A program made the translations under genes and the position numbers. Under the pieces are notes generated by a model. That model had not been told where the DNA came from. It did not search any database and saw only the letters and a program-made list of their open reading frames with translations. A stretch of 59,640 nt of DNA, filler included, from Sphacelaria rigidula (lineage: Eukaryota), in the NCBI GenBank assembly GCA_964200075.2. It is 6 parts of 6 records of this genome, joined end to end, with 100 filler letters (N's around TTAATTAATTAA, not from the genome) between each part and the next. Parts side by side here need not be neighbours in the genome. Positions count along the whole stretch, not along the records: positions 1 to 9,857 come from CAXNAA020007619.1; positions 9,958 to 19,814 come from CAXNAA020007620.1; 4 more parts are not named here. One strand, 5' to 3'. Each line of letters begins with the position of its first letter. Position 1 is the first letter of the stretch. This document shows, one piece after another, positions 1 to 11,715 of this stretch.

Positions 1-20
1 AACAGCGAGCAGGGAGAGGA

Positions 21-24
21 GGGG

Positions 25-73
<49 letters not shown>

Positions 74-162
74 GTACTCATTTGTTGCTTGCCTTAGTCG
101 CGTGGTCAATGGTCAAACGACTAAGGCAAGCAACAAATGAGTACGCCCCCCCCCTCCCCCCC
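21..162. repeat. G-run-anchored repeat family D, inverted (hairpin) arrangement
   Basis: G-run, then CGTACTCATTTGTTGCTTGCCTTAGTCG (73-100), 17-nt loop, its exact reverse complement (118-145), then C-run; same unit at 29872-30010, 34055-34128, 49476-49684. Confidence 0.85.
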
Positions 163-430
163 CAGTGCCCAAGCTAGTGCTAGTCGATGTCACTGGGGGG
201 GGAGGGGATCTGTTGACTTCACCAAAATCCATCAACAAAGCTAGCAACTTCAAGTTCTATCGAAGGGTATACGACAGAAAAATCCCAACTTAGGCCGTGC
301 CTCTTTCGAAGTTGGGGTACTATTTGTCCCCGCAATAGGATCGTCTGACCTCCAGGCACAACTTCGTCCTGACTACAACACTAGCGCCCAGAGTGCGCGA
401 GATCTGTTGTTTATATCATATTATTCCTTG

Positions 431-453
431 GCATCCAGAATAGATGGGATAAA

Positions 454-494
<41 letters not shown>
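431..494 (+). mobile_element. 3' end fragment of tRNA-derived SINE family B with (CA)n tail
   Basis: GGCATCCAGAATAGATGGGA followed by (AC)n matches the tail of the copies at 21512, 37702 (rc) and 46017 (rc). Confidence 0.7.
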
Positions 495-496
<2 letters not shown>

Positions 497-1033
497 CGGT
501 ACATCAACCCAGAAACGTTTTGTGCACCCCTACCGTAAAACGTCTTCTGAGGTTACACGTTGAGGCCCACATCGCAGATGTTCGTCATGGAGAGGCTCCA
601 AAAAAACTTTATAGCCTCAGAAAAAAACATTGTCGTGCACCCCCTTACAGTAGAACCACGTTAGGAAACAATTAAGCCCGGACGGAGACCTCTGCTTTTT
701 TTCGGCACCGATGCAAGATATCATACATGAAACTATCTCGAGAGGTGAAAGTGACACCATTTTTTTATTGGCCAATATTCCTTCGTTGACGTTAGATGTC
801 ACCCATTGTCCTTTCGAGCGGAGGGACTTTTGGACGTGGATGGCGTGTACCGCCATAGTTTTCGCCGTTGTTGTCTTCGTGTTGTTGGGGGAGGGCGGAA
901 ATTCTCGGAAATTTATTCGCCACGTAAAAACACCCCTTCGATTTTTGGGTTAATTCCGCACTAGCTTTTCTTCTTTTTTTTTCGGGGGGGGGGGTTAGAG
1001 AAGGGCAAAAACTACACTTCAAGGTTCGAACCT

Positions 1034-1928
1034 ACTGTACACCAAAGTATCCGCTCAGTGACATGGATTACAAATACAGCAAGTTTGTTTTCATTTGGTG
1101 GTCGTGAGGTTAGATTCAGGCCGCTCCTTCTGGCACACAGGCAACAAAAAAAACTGGAAATGTGCTTGTAGGAGCTTGTACGTCGTTTTACGCCCTTCAA
1201 AAGAGCTAGGCGGACTCTGATACCATGGAATGCCTTGCTGTACTCGTTGAGACGGTTCCAGCACACCTGTGCGTTTTCCGGGTGGCCACAGTTTTTTCTT
1301 GCCCAAACTTGCCATTTTTCTCGGAGACCGCTCATTTTTCTCCGAGACCGATCAAGTCCACAAGATTTGAGAGATTTGTCTGGACTTGACCACTCTCCGA
1401 GAAAAATGAGCGGTCTGCGAGGAAAAAGCCAGTTTGAAGATTGGCAAAAAAAAACGCGGCCACCGGAAAAACGTACAGGTGTGCTGGAGGCGTCTCGACG
1501 AGTGCAGCGAGGCTTTCAAAAGTGTCAAAATCCGCCTAGCTCTCGTTTTGAGCGTAGAACGACGTGAAGGCTCCAAAAAGGCACTTTTCCAGATTTTTAT
1601 TATTCTCTGCCATAGGAAGTCACCTTAGTGATGGGGTGCACTCATGATCATGCATGCCGTAGTAATAAGACCATTGGCCTCGCATCCCTACAAAGCCGGG
1701 ACGGAGCACGCCGGGTTTTCGCCGGATCAGGCTCAAGCTACCTTCTTAGGGGGTGGAAAAGACGGAAAATCGTCCTCCGGGGACGATTCGGTAACATCCT
1801 CCCGCATCTTGATCGTATGAAACATTCAGGGATGGTGCGCGTAACATCGCTGTATCCACGTGACGGAAGACAGAAATGAAAAACTCTTGACTACGGTTTA
1901 CTCCGCGGGGAACTCGCTGTTGTACCAC
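1034..1928. mobile_element. Foldback/MITE-like palindromic element; right arm interrupted by a family E insertion
   Basis: Arms ~1124-1365 and ~1380-1620 are reverse complements (e.g. AGAGCTAGGCGGA / TCCGCCTAGCTCT; AGACCGCTCATTTTTCTC / GAGAAAAATGAGCGGTCT); weaker pairing resumes 1034-1103 vs 1865-1928. Confidence 0.75.
1633..1745 (+). repeat. G-run-anchored repeat family E
   Basis: ACTCATGATCATGCATGCC...GACCATTGRCCTCGCATCCCTACAAAGCCGGGACGGAGC; copies at 5555-5732 (rc), 9788-9857, 11362-11400, 29676-29771, 58330-58510. Confidence 0.85.
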
Positions 1929-2197
1929 ATACCCCCTTACACTAATAAATGGTCGACACGAGTATCAGCATGTTGACACTGCTGTAGAGCTACTTACAAC
2001 GACGTGCACTGACAGTACATGAGCACACATCACCGGAAAACAGACACCAGAACACCGAGGTACAGAAAAAAAACACACACACAAGTACGCACCGAGCGTT
2101 AAAATTCTTCAGTGTACAAACAAGCAAAAACTACGAAATATCAGAGCTCGGAAATGGTACCAGTTACAACTGGCAATTATAAATATAATGGTAATAA

Positions 2198-3091
2198 TGT
2201 TATCATGACCTCTATATGACCCGACCCGCTCACTAATAACTCCGGGCTAGTCAACCCGGACCGTCTTCCCGGGCCTGTCACCCTGGGACTGTCATCCTCC
2301 AATCCCCAGTCTGGACTCGTCACATTCACGTCTGGGAGGCTCCCTGTCCGGAGCCTCCCTACGGGCCCACTCTGTGTTTCAACCCAAACCCTGACTTGCA
2401 AAGTCCGTCCTGTTCAAGTCCAGATCACCACTACTCACCGGTCTCAAATCGTGAATTTTCTCAGAGGTTTCTTCATTCTGAAATCAAGCCAAATCGAGTA
2501 CCAATCATTGTTTACGTACATCTCTTCAGGTCTACAGAGTGTGATTTGAAATCCGTGCGGGTGGGGTGGGGCCGGTATGTAGAGAACCCCGCATAAGTCC
2601 GCCGTGTACTACCGGGACGCGAACTTTTTTCAGTAGCAATCACTTGCGATGTGTGCTGTGACGGGTTTCGTGCGTGATGGTGCTTTTTCCACCTCCTCAC
2701 ACCGCCCGTGAAGCGAGCTCTTGATGCTGAAAGTGCCTACCCCTCTTCCGGTGATGATCGCCACTCTTGGTCTGAGACAATTGAAACTGCGGAATATGAA
2801 AGCATCTACTGGAAGGTACATGTTCTCCCACACAAATGCCTCCATAATATGGAAAAGGGATAACACTGGTATATTTTTGACTCGCGACACCCCCGGGAGG
2901 CCAGTACCAACCTCCCGAAGAGAAACCTTGTAGCGTATATGATATAAAGTCATGAAAAATATCATTCTTTATCATATACCCTCCGAGTAAGTATGACTAA
3001 GGTATATGAAATATCATAGAGTATAGGGGGTGTATATAGGTTTAGGTTATGGGTATGCCTATACTAGGCTCTAGCGGGAACGCCTACAACA
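2198..3091. mobile_element. Possible solo LTR or LTR-like fragment
   Basis: Bounded by TGTT...AACA with an AT-rich, TATA-like segment; no target-site duplication and no gag/pol motif found. Confidence 0.2.
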
Positions 3092-3849
3092 CGACTATCC
3101 TGGATGGTGGCCACGAGAGTTGAGGCTCGGTGGGGCTTTTGCGATGCCTTTAGCCGGATTGTGAGCTGCAGGAGTGGCCGGATTTCGGATTTCCCACGTC
3201 ACACGCTATCCGGATAAAAAACGGATTAATCCGCGGATTATTTTTCTAACGGAGCGGATATCTGGAGAGGACGGAGCGCAGCACATCTCTAGTTTTGACC
3301 GATTTGTACCGTTTTCGGCCAAATTTTCACGATGTTGCCTGTCTTCGTTTTAAACCTAGCTGACAACATGATGGCATGCTTTCAGACGAGTCGACGGTAT
3401 TGTCTATCAATGATGAAGCTAAAACAAAAAAACGTTTTTGCACATTCTTTGCGTTTTTCGCCATTTTTCCATCCCCCCCCCCTCTTTTCCGGGAGCTGGA
3501 AAGAAACGGTCATTCTTGGGCCGATTGCTTTCGTTTCGGCCACTGGCCCATGCAGGAAGGAGAGTGCGTTAAAAAAAAAAACGGGGCTCAACTCAAGTAA
3601 TGACAAGGATGTCAAAAATACCATCGCTGACGGCATCGGAGAAGGTTGAGGGCCCGTGTAAATCTCACCAAATTTACCCATGTGTTGGAGGAAGTATCTC
3701 GCTAAATTTCACCCTTCACCCCCGAAAACGGTGGCCACTTGAACCAATTCTCACAACCTCAGGTAAACGACTATGCTTGTGCGTTGCTCCGCAGCTTGAC
3801 ACAGTCGCCATCGCTATTCTGTTGGGACTATAACACCATCACACTTACA

Positions 3850-4960
3850 CACTACACAAACCCTCTCACCTGCGTCGGTGCTGCTCTGACTTCATCGTAC
3901 AGGTACAAGCACGATGATGGCCGCTCCGTATCCGGCGAGTCGAGGCAGCTGCGGATGGCTGCTTCTCGTGCCTGTGCTTCCTTCGTCTTTCTTTTCTGCC
4001 CCTTGTTCTTGGCGAATCGCCTCGATCCACGAGACGAGGACGGCATTGGATCTGCGATACACGTGAGGTGGTTTGTTTGTTACTTCAAGGGTCGATCGAG
4101 ACACGAGCACATTGCGGCGCATGGTCTGCCTTCCGTACGCTGCGTGTTGCGCCAAACCGCATTTTCATCGAAAATATGCAACTGCTGAGTATCTCTGCTG
4201 CAGCAGAGGCAGTCCTTCAGCTCCACCACGAAAGTGAGACACACCTGTATTGTAATCCGGGTCATGATGGCCCTGACGAATGTTGAGCGACCCCGCCACA
4301 GGCAAAGATCGACTATGTCAGCCTAGTTTTGGACAGGACGAGTCTCTATCTTGTGGTACTGTACACAACAAATTGAGCATGTGTCCCTCCCGTGATCATC
4401 CTCATCCTCATAGCTTGTGTATGCCAGAAACCAGGACTATGCGAGCAATTCGAAAAGCGCCTCTACCATGCGGGCAAGCGTTTATTATGCTGAAGAAATA
4501 AATGTACATGCACAAGCCGGGGTGTTTTCGCGTGTACGCGGGCTGGCCGAAGACAAAACTGGGATCGACCTCATCCTCAGACTTCACCCCGGTTCGGCGA
4601 GAGTAAGACACGGTTGAAGATATACTTGGCTGTAGTCTAGACCGCCATTTTCCGAGCTTGACAAGGCTCGCAGTCATAAGCCCTCGCCCGGCGTGTGGGC
4701 GTTTTGGCCCAACTGGGTACCTCAGGCACAGATCGAGTTCGATTCAAAACAGGCACAGTTTGCCTAGGGTCCTACATGTAGCCCCTGTGCCCGAGCTTAT
4801 CGGACTGTCTGAAGTTGGGGTTAAGGAATAGCGATAAGGTTTGACAAAAACACAGCATATTATGTCAACAGTACCGGTGAATATTAAACTGTGGCCGATC
4901 TGGGCGGGTAAAGTCGTCTCCATCTCACGCACACACATACTGTACCATGGATGAAAGGTC
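3850..4960 (-). pseudogene. Highly decayed non-LTR retrotransposon remnant (RLE/CRE-like RT region)
   Basis: Scattered frameshifted peptides such as ISSGTGATCRTLGKLC, loosely resembling the RT G.QQG..LGPL motif; many stops. Confidence 0.25.
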
Positions 4961-5554
4961 GAAAAGTACATGAGAGGGGAGATTCGAAAAACCCTGTTTT
5001 CCCGCGCAGGCCGACTTTATGAAAAAGCAAATCCAACACTTCTTCCACTACAACCAAAGGTATATGTTCGTTCAGATCAAATGGCGCTTCTCAGAGAGCT
5101 GCATCATTTACCAGTATGGTATTGCTCAGGCCGTTCAATGATCATGATGTGACAGATGCTGTCCATCGCTGCGTACTGTATGTACGGAACATGCCCGTAC
5201 TCACACGTACTGTGCCGTGCTCTGTCTGCGCCACTGTACTGCGTGCGCTATACAGTGCACTCCTCGTGCTGCAGTTGTGTGTGCTATCTGTGCTATTGGA
5301 TATCGATACTGGCTGGATTTCACTGTGTACTTATGGTATGCACCGTCTGCACGGGGAGCTGCAGTGTACTTGACGGGCGGCATCGTCATGCACCTCATTC
5401 TTCGACAAAAATTGATCTCTCCTAGGACAGTCTGCTGCTCTCGACGAAATGGGCGGAAAATGCATATCTCTGGGGAAAATCGCCGACACGGCAGTACTTT
5501 TCTAGCGTAAAACATTCTCGAAGGGTTAGTTTCAAACCACACACTGAAACGAAC

Positions 5555-5732
5555 GCCCGAACTTCATAGCAGGATGCAGGCCACCCCTCATGCGACTCGT
5601 CAAACACACCACGGCGCTTCGCGCTTGGTGAACGCTAACCTCGTCCGGCGAAAAGCCGGCGTTCTCCGTCCCGGCTTTGTAGCGGTGCAAGGTCTATGGT
5701 CTTCTGACTACGGCATGTAAGATCATGAGTAC
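5555..5732 (-). repeat. Family E copy (reverse strand), including a GCGCTTCGCGC mini-hairpin
   Basis: Reverse complement aligns along 58335-58510 and 1640-1740. Confidence 0.8.
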
Positions 5733-5866
5733 GTCTCCCGTCGCGCGGACGAAGCCCAGAGGCTCAAGACGTGACAACGACGCTCGCTACCGGGGATATA
5801 CCTTGGGGCACTCGATCAGCAGTCGAGCCATGAATCGCTTTCTGTGGAGACTATATTTCCCATGCA

Positions 5867-7270
5867 CAGTAGTTTCGAGGTGAACTAGAACAATTTTAGT
5901 AATTTTTCGTAGTCGGCGATTTCCAGTAGTTTTTCGCGTGCCACTGCTGCTCATCCCGGTGAACGACTGATGCCGGAAGTGTGGGAATGAGGAGATACTA
6001 GGCATTTGTTTTCTTCACTTTTCTTCACCGAGTGTTTGAGTTATGCTTTGTGTAGGGGACGACTAACATATAACCACAGCTGGATCTCTGGGGGATTAGT
6101 TGAAGTGCGACGATCAATCAAAGCAGTCAAAGAGGAATCCACTCCACATTCCGAGACAAAAATCATCGCTGCACTCAATACTGAACGACTTATGGGCTGA
6201 TCAATTCTCGGGGGTCCTGCGATTGCCCAGCCCCAGATTTTGATCGTTGGGCATTTTTGCTCGATTGAAGCAATCCCGATTGTTCTCGTGAAGAATCGTC
6301 AAGATTTTTGTTTGCTTTGAATGTATACCTGTTCATTGCGCTAGAGCCAAAAAACTGTGTTTTTTGGACCAGTGACGGTCGATAACACCCCCTGATGAAC
6401 GAGATTCTTATTCCGTATCACTCCGACAACATCAACTTGAGGGTCGTATCCTGGGCACCACCTGCGTCCTATCCCAACACCTATCGACGCTAGGACTTTC
6501 GAGTGCTGAGACAGAATACTATACGAGAAAACCCGGGAAAATACCCAACCATAAGATTTGACAGGGAGCGTTACTGGCCGTTTTCGGTCCAGAACACACT
6601 TCTTTTCCGCTCTAGCGCGATGGATAGGTTAAAAAAAGAAAAAAGAATGCAAAATCATTTAAGAGAGCGATCAGGATTTGTTCAACCCCCCTCCGCCCCT
6701 TTGCCATACATATAGAGAGCTGGGTTGGGCAATTTTTGTAGCGGGGTATTTTTCCGAACGTCCTCGTGTGATATTCTTCCTTTGCACTCGAAAGCCCCAG
6801 CGTCAATAGATATTGGAGAAACCGTAGGTGGTACTCAGGGCACAATCCCCAACTCGGCGTAGTTGGAGTGATACGGAGTGAGGACCTCGTTCATTAGCGG
6901 GTGTTATCGACCGTCACAGGTTTAAAAAAAACGCAGTTTTTCGGCTCCAGCGCAATGGATGGACAGAACTTCTGAAATAACAGTTCCCCCCATTTGTTCA
7001 CGAGAATGATCGGGATTATTTTAGTAGAGCGAGGGAACTCAAGGATCAGAACCTTGGGCTGGGTAGTCGCAGGACCCCTGTCGACGTGTCAGCCGGTAAT
7101 TCGTTCAATATTGAGTGCAGATAAAAAAGGGGGGGGGATCCCTAGTATCTCCCGATCCCCAAACTTCGGCATTGAAAGTTGATGACCGGTGGCACGCGAA
7201 AAAATGGTTGAAAATCGCCGGCTACGAAGAAATAACAGATACCTCCTGATTCAGCTCAAAATTACTACTA
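5867..7270. mobile_element. ~1.4 kb foldback element (long inverted arms); CAGTAGT-like termini suggest Tc1/mariner-pogo type, non-autonomous
   Basis: Collinear inverted pairs: 5910-6005/7141-7226, 6170-6245/7045-7118, 6335-6405/6887-6956, 6480-6507/6784-6810; a single-arm homologue lies at ~47270-47810. Confidence 0.8.
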
Positions 7271-7566
7271 TATATATCAATACGTCTTTTCGGTATCGAG
7301 GTGCTTACACGCCTACTAGAGTGATGCTACGGTAGGGTTCGCTTTTTGAGCGAAAATGTTTATCGGAGTGTTGCAAGCATCATTTTGAGAATCGGCATAA
7401 TTTTCACTTGAAAAGAGTGGAAATGATGCCGATTCACGAAAAGGCTCCTGTGTGCATCTCCATGTCCTGTCCCCGGAGATCTGTGTTGCACAGTGAGCCC
7501 CATATGTTTGGGCTCCTACAAAAACGAGACCCAGAAACAAGAAGTGCAACCCCTATCGTAGCATTG

Positions 7567-8200
7567 GTCACTATAAGCAACGTATTCGTGGGATTGAGAG
7601 TAGAGCGCTGACTTTTGTTTTTTGCCTCACATTTTGAACCTCTCCCCTTCCTCGGGATGGGTCCGTGGTCTCAAGGGATCAACCTATCTGTCCCCCGGTA
7701 CGTGCCTTTCATTTTGATCTCGCGGGTTGGATCAGCACTCCCGCACCGCGTCAACTCACGTCACACAAACGCGGTCGACTACATTTTTGTGTCCTCGCGT
7801 TCTCACGCTTTCTACGGTGGAAATCATCCATTACGAAGAAAAAAACCAACGCATCGGGAATCGAACTCCCGTTCTCTGCAGCCTAATGGCGTCAGTCGGA
7901 CCATTACACCACCGGGGCGCGGCGGCTATTGAGAGCGACTGTGATCATTCGCTTTAACATACCCAATTTTGTATCCGTGTGTGATCATCTTTGCATTCAT
8001 CACTACTAGTGTGTGCTTGCAGCTACACGTCGATATCCTACTCAGGGATGTCGAGAGCCTCAGTGGCAAGCTACTACAGAAAGCATATCGGGTGTCGTCT
8101 GGGAGCATTTCGGAATTGACAATTCACTCACTAACTGACCGCTTTTCACTCTCAATCGTATCCTCTACTCTCAATCTCACGAAAACATTGTTTATAGTAG
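7567..8200. mobile_element. MITE family K interrupted by a SINE
   Basis: Terminal inverted arms (ACTATAAGCAACG..GTGGGATTGAGAGTAGAG / CTCTACTCTCAATCTCACG..TTTATAGT); an uninterrupted homologue is at 57838-58151. Confidence 0.75.
7612..7921 (-). mobile_element. Full-length tRNA-derived SINE family J (~310 bp)
   Basis: Minus-strand head with Pol III A box TGGTGTAATGG and B box GTTCGATTCC, A-rich tail; homologues at 35994-36278 (-), 22025-22160 (+), 41185-41280 (-); empty site in the K copy at ~57880. Confidence 0.8.
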
Positions 8201-8449
8201 TCACAAGGCCACGCCACATCATAACTATGCCGCTGTGACTCCACCGAAGCGGCAAAAGAAACCCATGCCTCTTTATCCGAATAAGACAGACACAGACATA
8301 CATACAAATCTAAGTTACCCACGAGCAAGCCTCTTGGCGGCACTTGTGTCACAAACACGCAGACGCGCTTTTTAAACCTAGTCTCCTCCGGACGTCGTAC
8401 ACCCACCTGGTGGAGTGTACAATGCTGTGACTGTCCAATATGGCGCAAA

Positions 8450-9780
8450 AATGAGCACCAAAAGCTGTAGGCAACACCGAAGCTAGTCGTGAATATCCCG
8501 ATAACTCAAGTCACAGGAAACGGGAACTAAGACACCCGCTCAAATGTCTCATACACGCCCTTACCACCCGTTTGATGGAATCACAGCCAGTCTCGGACAA
8601 AACGGTGTGTGTGGACTTCAAGTTCGCGCAGGGTCTGAAGCAATACCTCAGGCGGACTGGAAGCTCACCTTGCGAACACCCCCCGGTGGGTGCTACACGT
8701 GCTTGCTCTGGATACCTTGGCGGTATTCACCTTGCAGCTCACTCGAGATGTTGTCGACTGAAATCGCTGTGAGCGGCAAGCCGATGGGAGAAAGGATGAG
8801 ATGTGTGTCATTTTCCAGTGGATAAACTCAAAAATGGTCCACGTATATAATTAACCGCGCAATCATTCAACTCACCGAACGATACTCTGTACTGTAGATG
8901 GTGGGACTTAAACCGTACCTTATAGGGGAAATATACAGTCGGCCTCGCATCACAATTCCGTCGTTTCTCACAGGCGATCGGGCTTAGACCGCTGAACCTA
9001 CGCGAAGAGATGGGTCGAATATATGTACACAAAGACGTACGGCAGTAAAGATTGGCCTAGACTGTGGGGGTGGACGGCTGTGATGTGCTCATGGGCAAGA
9101 TCGATCGTTTGCGTACGTGGAGTGCGGTTGCGCCTGTAAATATCTCGTCTTGGTTCAAATCCACTCCATGGTCGGTGTTACTTCCACGTGTGTTTTGGCT
9201 ACAAAGGGAAAGTCGGAGGAAGGACCCGCGGAGACACTGTCCCGAGGGTTTGAAAGCTCCAGCGTGCTCACCATCGATGGTCGTTTGGCTGGGGGAGAAC
9301 ATGATGGATCCGGTGGAGCCATTCGGCGAAACCCCAAATACCGTGTGTATCGTACGAAGCCGTTGCGCACGTGAAGATGCAACTTATATTATGACCAAGC
9401 TCTAGAGCAGCTTGCAGGCGTGCCAGAGGACGAGAGAGATGCTCTCCGCTGGGTATACCAAAGAAATGGTGGACACTTGGGAAGGAACGATGATTCATCG
9501 CACCAAGCCGTGTGGGGATCAGTATGTTGAAGGGCCTGGGAACATGCGACACACGGCTCTCTAGTACAGCTGGATCCGTGGTTATGTGTGCTTCGACTGT
9601 GTTCATATAGAGGGCGTACCTCTTTTCGGGAGGGGGTAGTGAAGCTAACGACACTCGGGAGCATGATTGTATGGTTGGCTTTCGCAAGCGATGTGGCGGG
9701 ACGACGGCGTTAGGACGGGAGGCACAGCTCCAACATGGAATCTGCAAGTTCGTCGACTCGCTGGTTACACGACGAAACAT
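8450..9780 (+). pseudogene. Decayed non-LTR retrotransposon RT remnant (RLE/CRE-like)
   Basis: Ordered degenerate peptides FAQGLKQ ... PPVGATRACSGYLGGI (position of Y.DD) ... EEGPAE ... YDQALEQL; frameshifts and stops. Confidence 0.35.
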
Positions 9781-9857
9781 GAGGATTTGGGGGGGGTTTA
9801 CTCATGATCATGCATGCCATAGTCATCAGACCATTGACCTCGCATCCCTACAATGCC

Positions 9858-9957
9858 NNNNNNNNNNNNNNNNNNNNNNNNNNNNNNNNNNNNNNNNNNN
9901 NTTAATTAATTAANNNNNNNNNNNNNNNNNNNNNNNNNNNNNNNNNNNNNNNNNNNN
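9858..9957. other. Artificial contig spacer N44-TTAATTAATTAA-N44 (also 19815-19914, 29772-29871, 39729-39828, 49685-49784)
   Basis: Five identical 100-nt spacers with an all-frame stop linker separating six contigs of 9856-9857 bp. Confidence 0.98.
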
Positions 9958-10489
9958 GCCCGGGGAAGGTACCGACTGATCACGGGTAATAAACACCGTA
10001 TGCCTTGCACGAGCAGGGGTACGTGGGATGAGAAGTAACCCAGCCACCGCACGGGCGTGGTACGAAGTAGATAGTAATCACAGATACTCCGTACTAGCCA
10101 AGTTGCCGTCTCTTTCCTTGGGCCGCTGCCGTCAGCCAGCCTGACCCGGCCTCAGCGCCCGGGCCGAGGCCGGAGGAGCAAGACAACACCTATAATTATG
10201 GTAGGGTAAATGAAAAGGGGGGTTAGCTTCTCTATTTCCTGTCTATGTCCGGGCAGTATTATAGTAGATTAAATAATAAGAAGGAGATTAGCTTTTCTAT
10301 TTCGTGACAGTCTGTACATTTGTCTAGGGTTTGGTGGCTTGTTTTACAGCGCCGTTGCCACTCGACGCCAACCCAAGAGTCTAGAGGTGAGGCGGGTGGG
10401 GGGCGGGGGGGGGGGGAATAGGTGGAAATGCACGTGCGAATTTCTTGTCTAGTCGTCGCGACTGTACTGTGCTGTACTGTATTGCACTC

Positions 10490-10577
10490 TACAGTACGGT
10501 ACGGTACGGTACGGTACGGTACGGTACTCTCCTCTACTCTCCTCTCCTCTACTCTCCTCTACTCTCCTCTCCTCTAC
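10490..10577. repeat. Compound pentanucleotide microsatellite (GTACG)n-(CTCCT/CTACT)n
   Basis: Directly visible. Confidence 0.9.
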
Positions 10578-10886
10578 TGTTACATATACAACCGCAATCA
10601 TAGATCACCTCCCCCATCTCGACAACAATACGCGTTTGTTTATCGTAACCCTCCCCCCCTCCCCCCTCCCGCCCGGCCCCGCGCGCCGAAAGTATTGCCC
10701 AGCACACCACTAGTTTCACAAATGTCTATGGCAACTGACTCTCCGAAGAGTGCAGCCGCTCGACTGCTGACTTCTATGAATCCCCTACACTCACGGAGTA
10801 TTTCTTCCTCCCTATCACACTCATCACACTTCCCAAAAACTATCGATAAACCGACCGCATGTGCACGCGTCCATCCATGCGTACAG

Positions 10887-11076
10887 CGATGATGGCAAAT
10901 TCCTGGCGAAGCGGCTGTCGGTGCTCCTGAGCTACGCCACGGGAATGGTGGCGGCCGACTCGGCGGTGTTTGTGGATTTCGACACTTTGCCCTCCACCGG
11001 CGCCAGCCTGGGCCAAACGCTCAAGTTTTTGCTGTCGGATGATGCACGTCCGTTGCGCGCAGCCCTGATCGGCGAG
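10887..11076 (+). CDS. Exon of a spliced gene; C-terminal region resembling algal ABC1/UbiB atypical kinases (DDGKFLAKRLSVLL...FVDFDTLP...LKFLLSDDARPLRAALIGE)
   Basis: CAG acceptor, GAG|GTTCGT donor, GC-rich open frame, phase 0 joins 11716; family assignment is from recalled resemblance only (kinase core is off-contig). Confidence 0.75.
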
Positions 11077-11715
11077 GTTCGTTGCTTGGCGGTGGGGCTG
11101 AGTGATCTATCTGGCTTTGAATGGACTCGAGAATCCTTCCAGCTGCACGTTTGCGCTTTGTGGTGGTAACGTGCGTGCGATATTTGTCATGTGTGTATGT
11201 GTGTGTTGTTGGGTTTTATTGTTCCAACCATTTAAAACAATCAAGGTGTGTGTAGTAAGTGTGTGTGTCTGTGTTTTTTTCTATTATACATTGCTTTTGA
11301 CTGTGCTTGCTTCTTGTGTTATTACTATGTCGTAGGTCGGGGCAAATGAAGTTGAGGCGGAAGGGGGAGGGGGGGGGGATACTCATGATCATGCATGCCA
11401 GGGGGGGGGGGGTGAGCATCTCGTTCCTATTCGGGTTTGGTGCTGTTTGGTGAGTATTTTTTCGGTTAGCGCGGCTAATATCGCTTTGTTGTTCAGTAAT
11501 CCCAAACTGGTGAAATCGACAGTCATGAGTCCCCGCCGTACGCACTTCCAAGAAAGAAAGTGTGACAGAAGAGACGGTAAAGCGCGTGACCCCTACTCGT
11601 CTGCATCTCCAAGCCTCTGTGTCGCTATCAGTGAAGAACGCCGTCTCGCGCGTTTGTGCGCGTGTGCGTGCGTACTTCATGCTACTTTTTCGGCACCCAA
11701 TTTTCCAACATACAG

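Noticed and set aside
1012..1628. Pairs of similar ORFs on opposite strands
   Set aside because: By-product of the DNA palindrome
7850..7921. tRNA gene (also 37995-38058)
   Set aside because: A/B boxes are present but there is no complete cloverleaf, and each is fused to a repeated body and tail, i.e. SINE heads
9902..9913. TTAATTAATTAA as a regulatory palindrome
   Set aside because: Artificial linker inside N spacers
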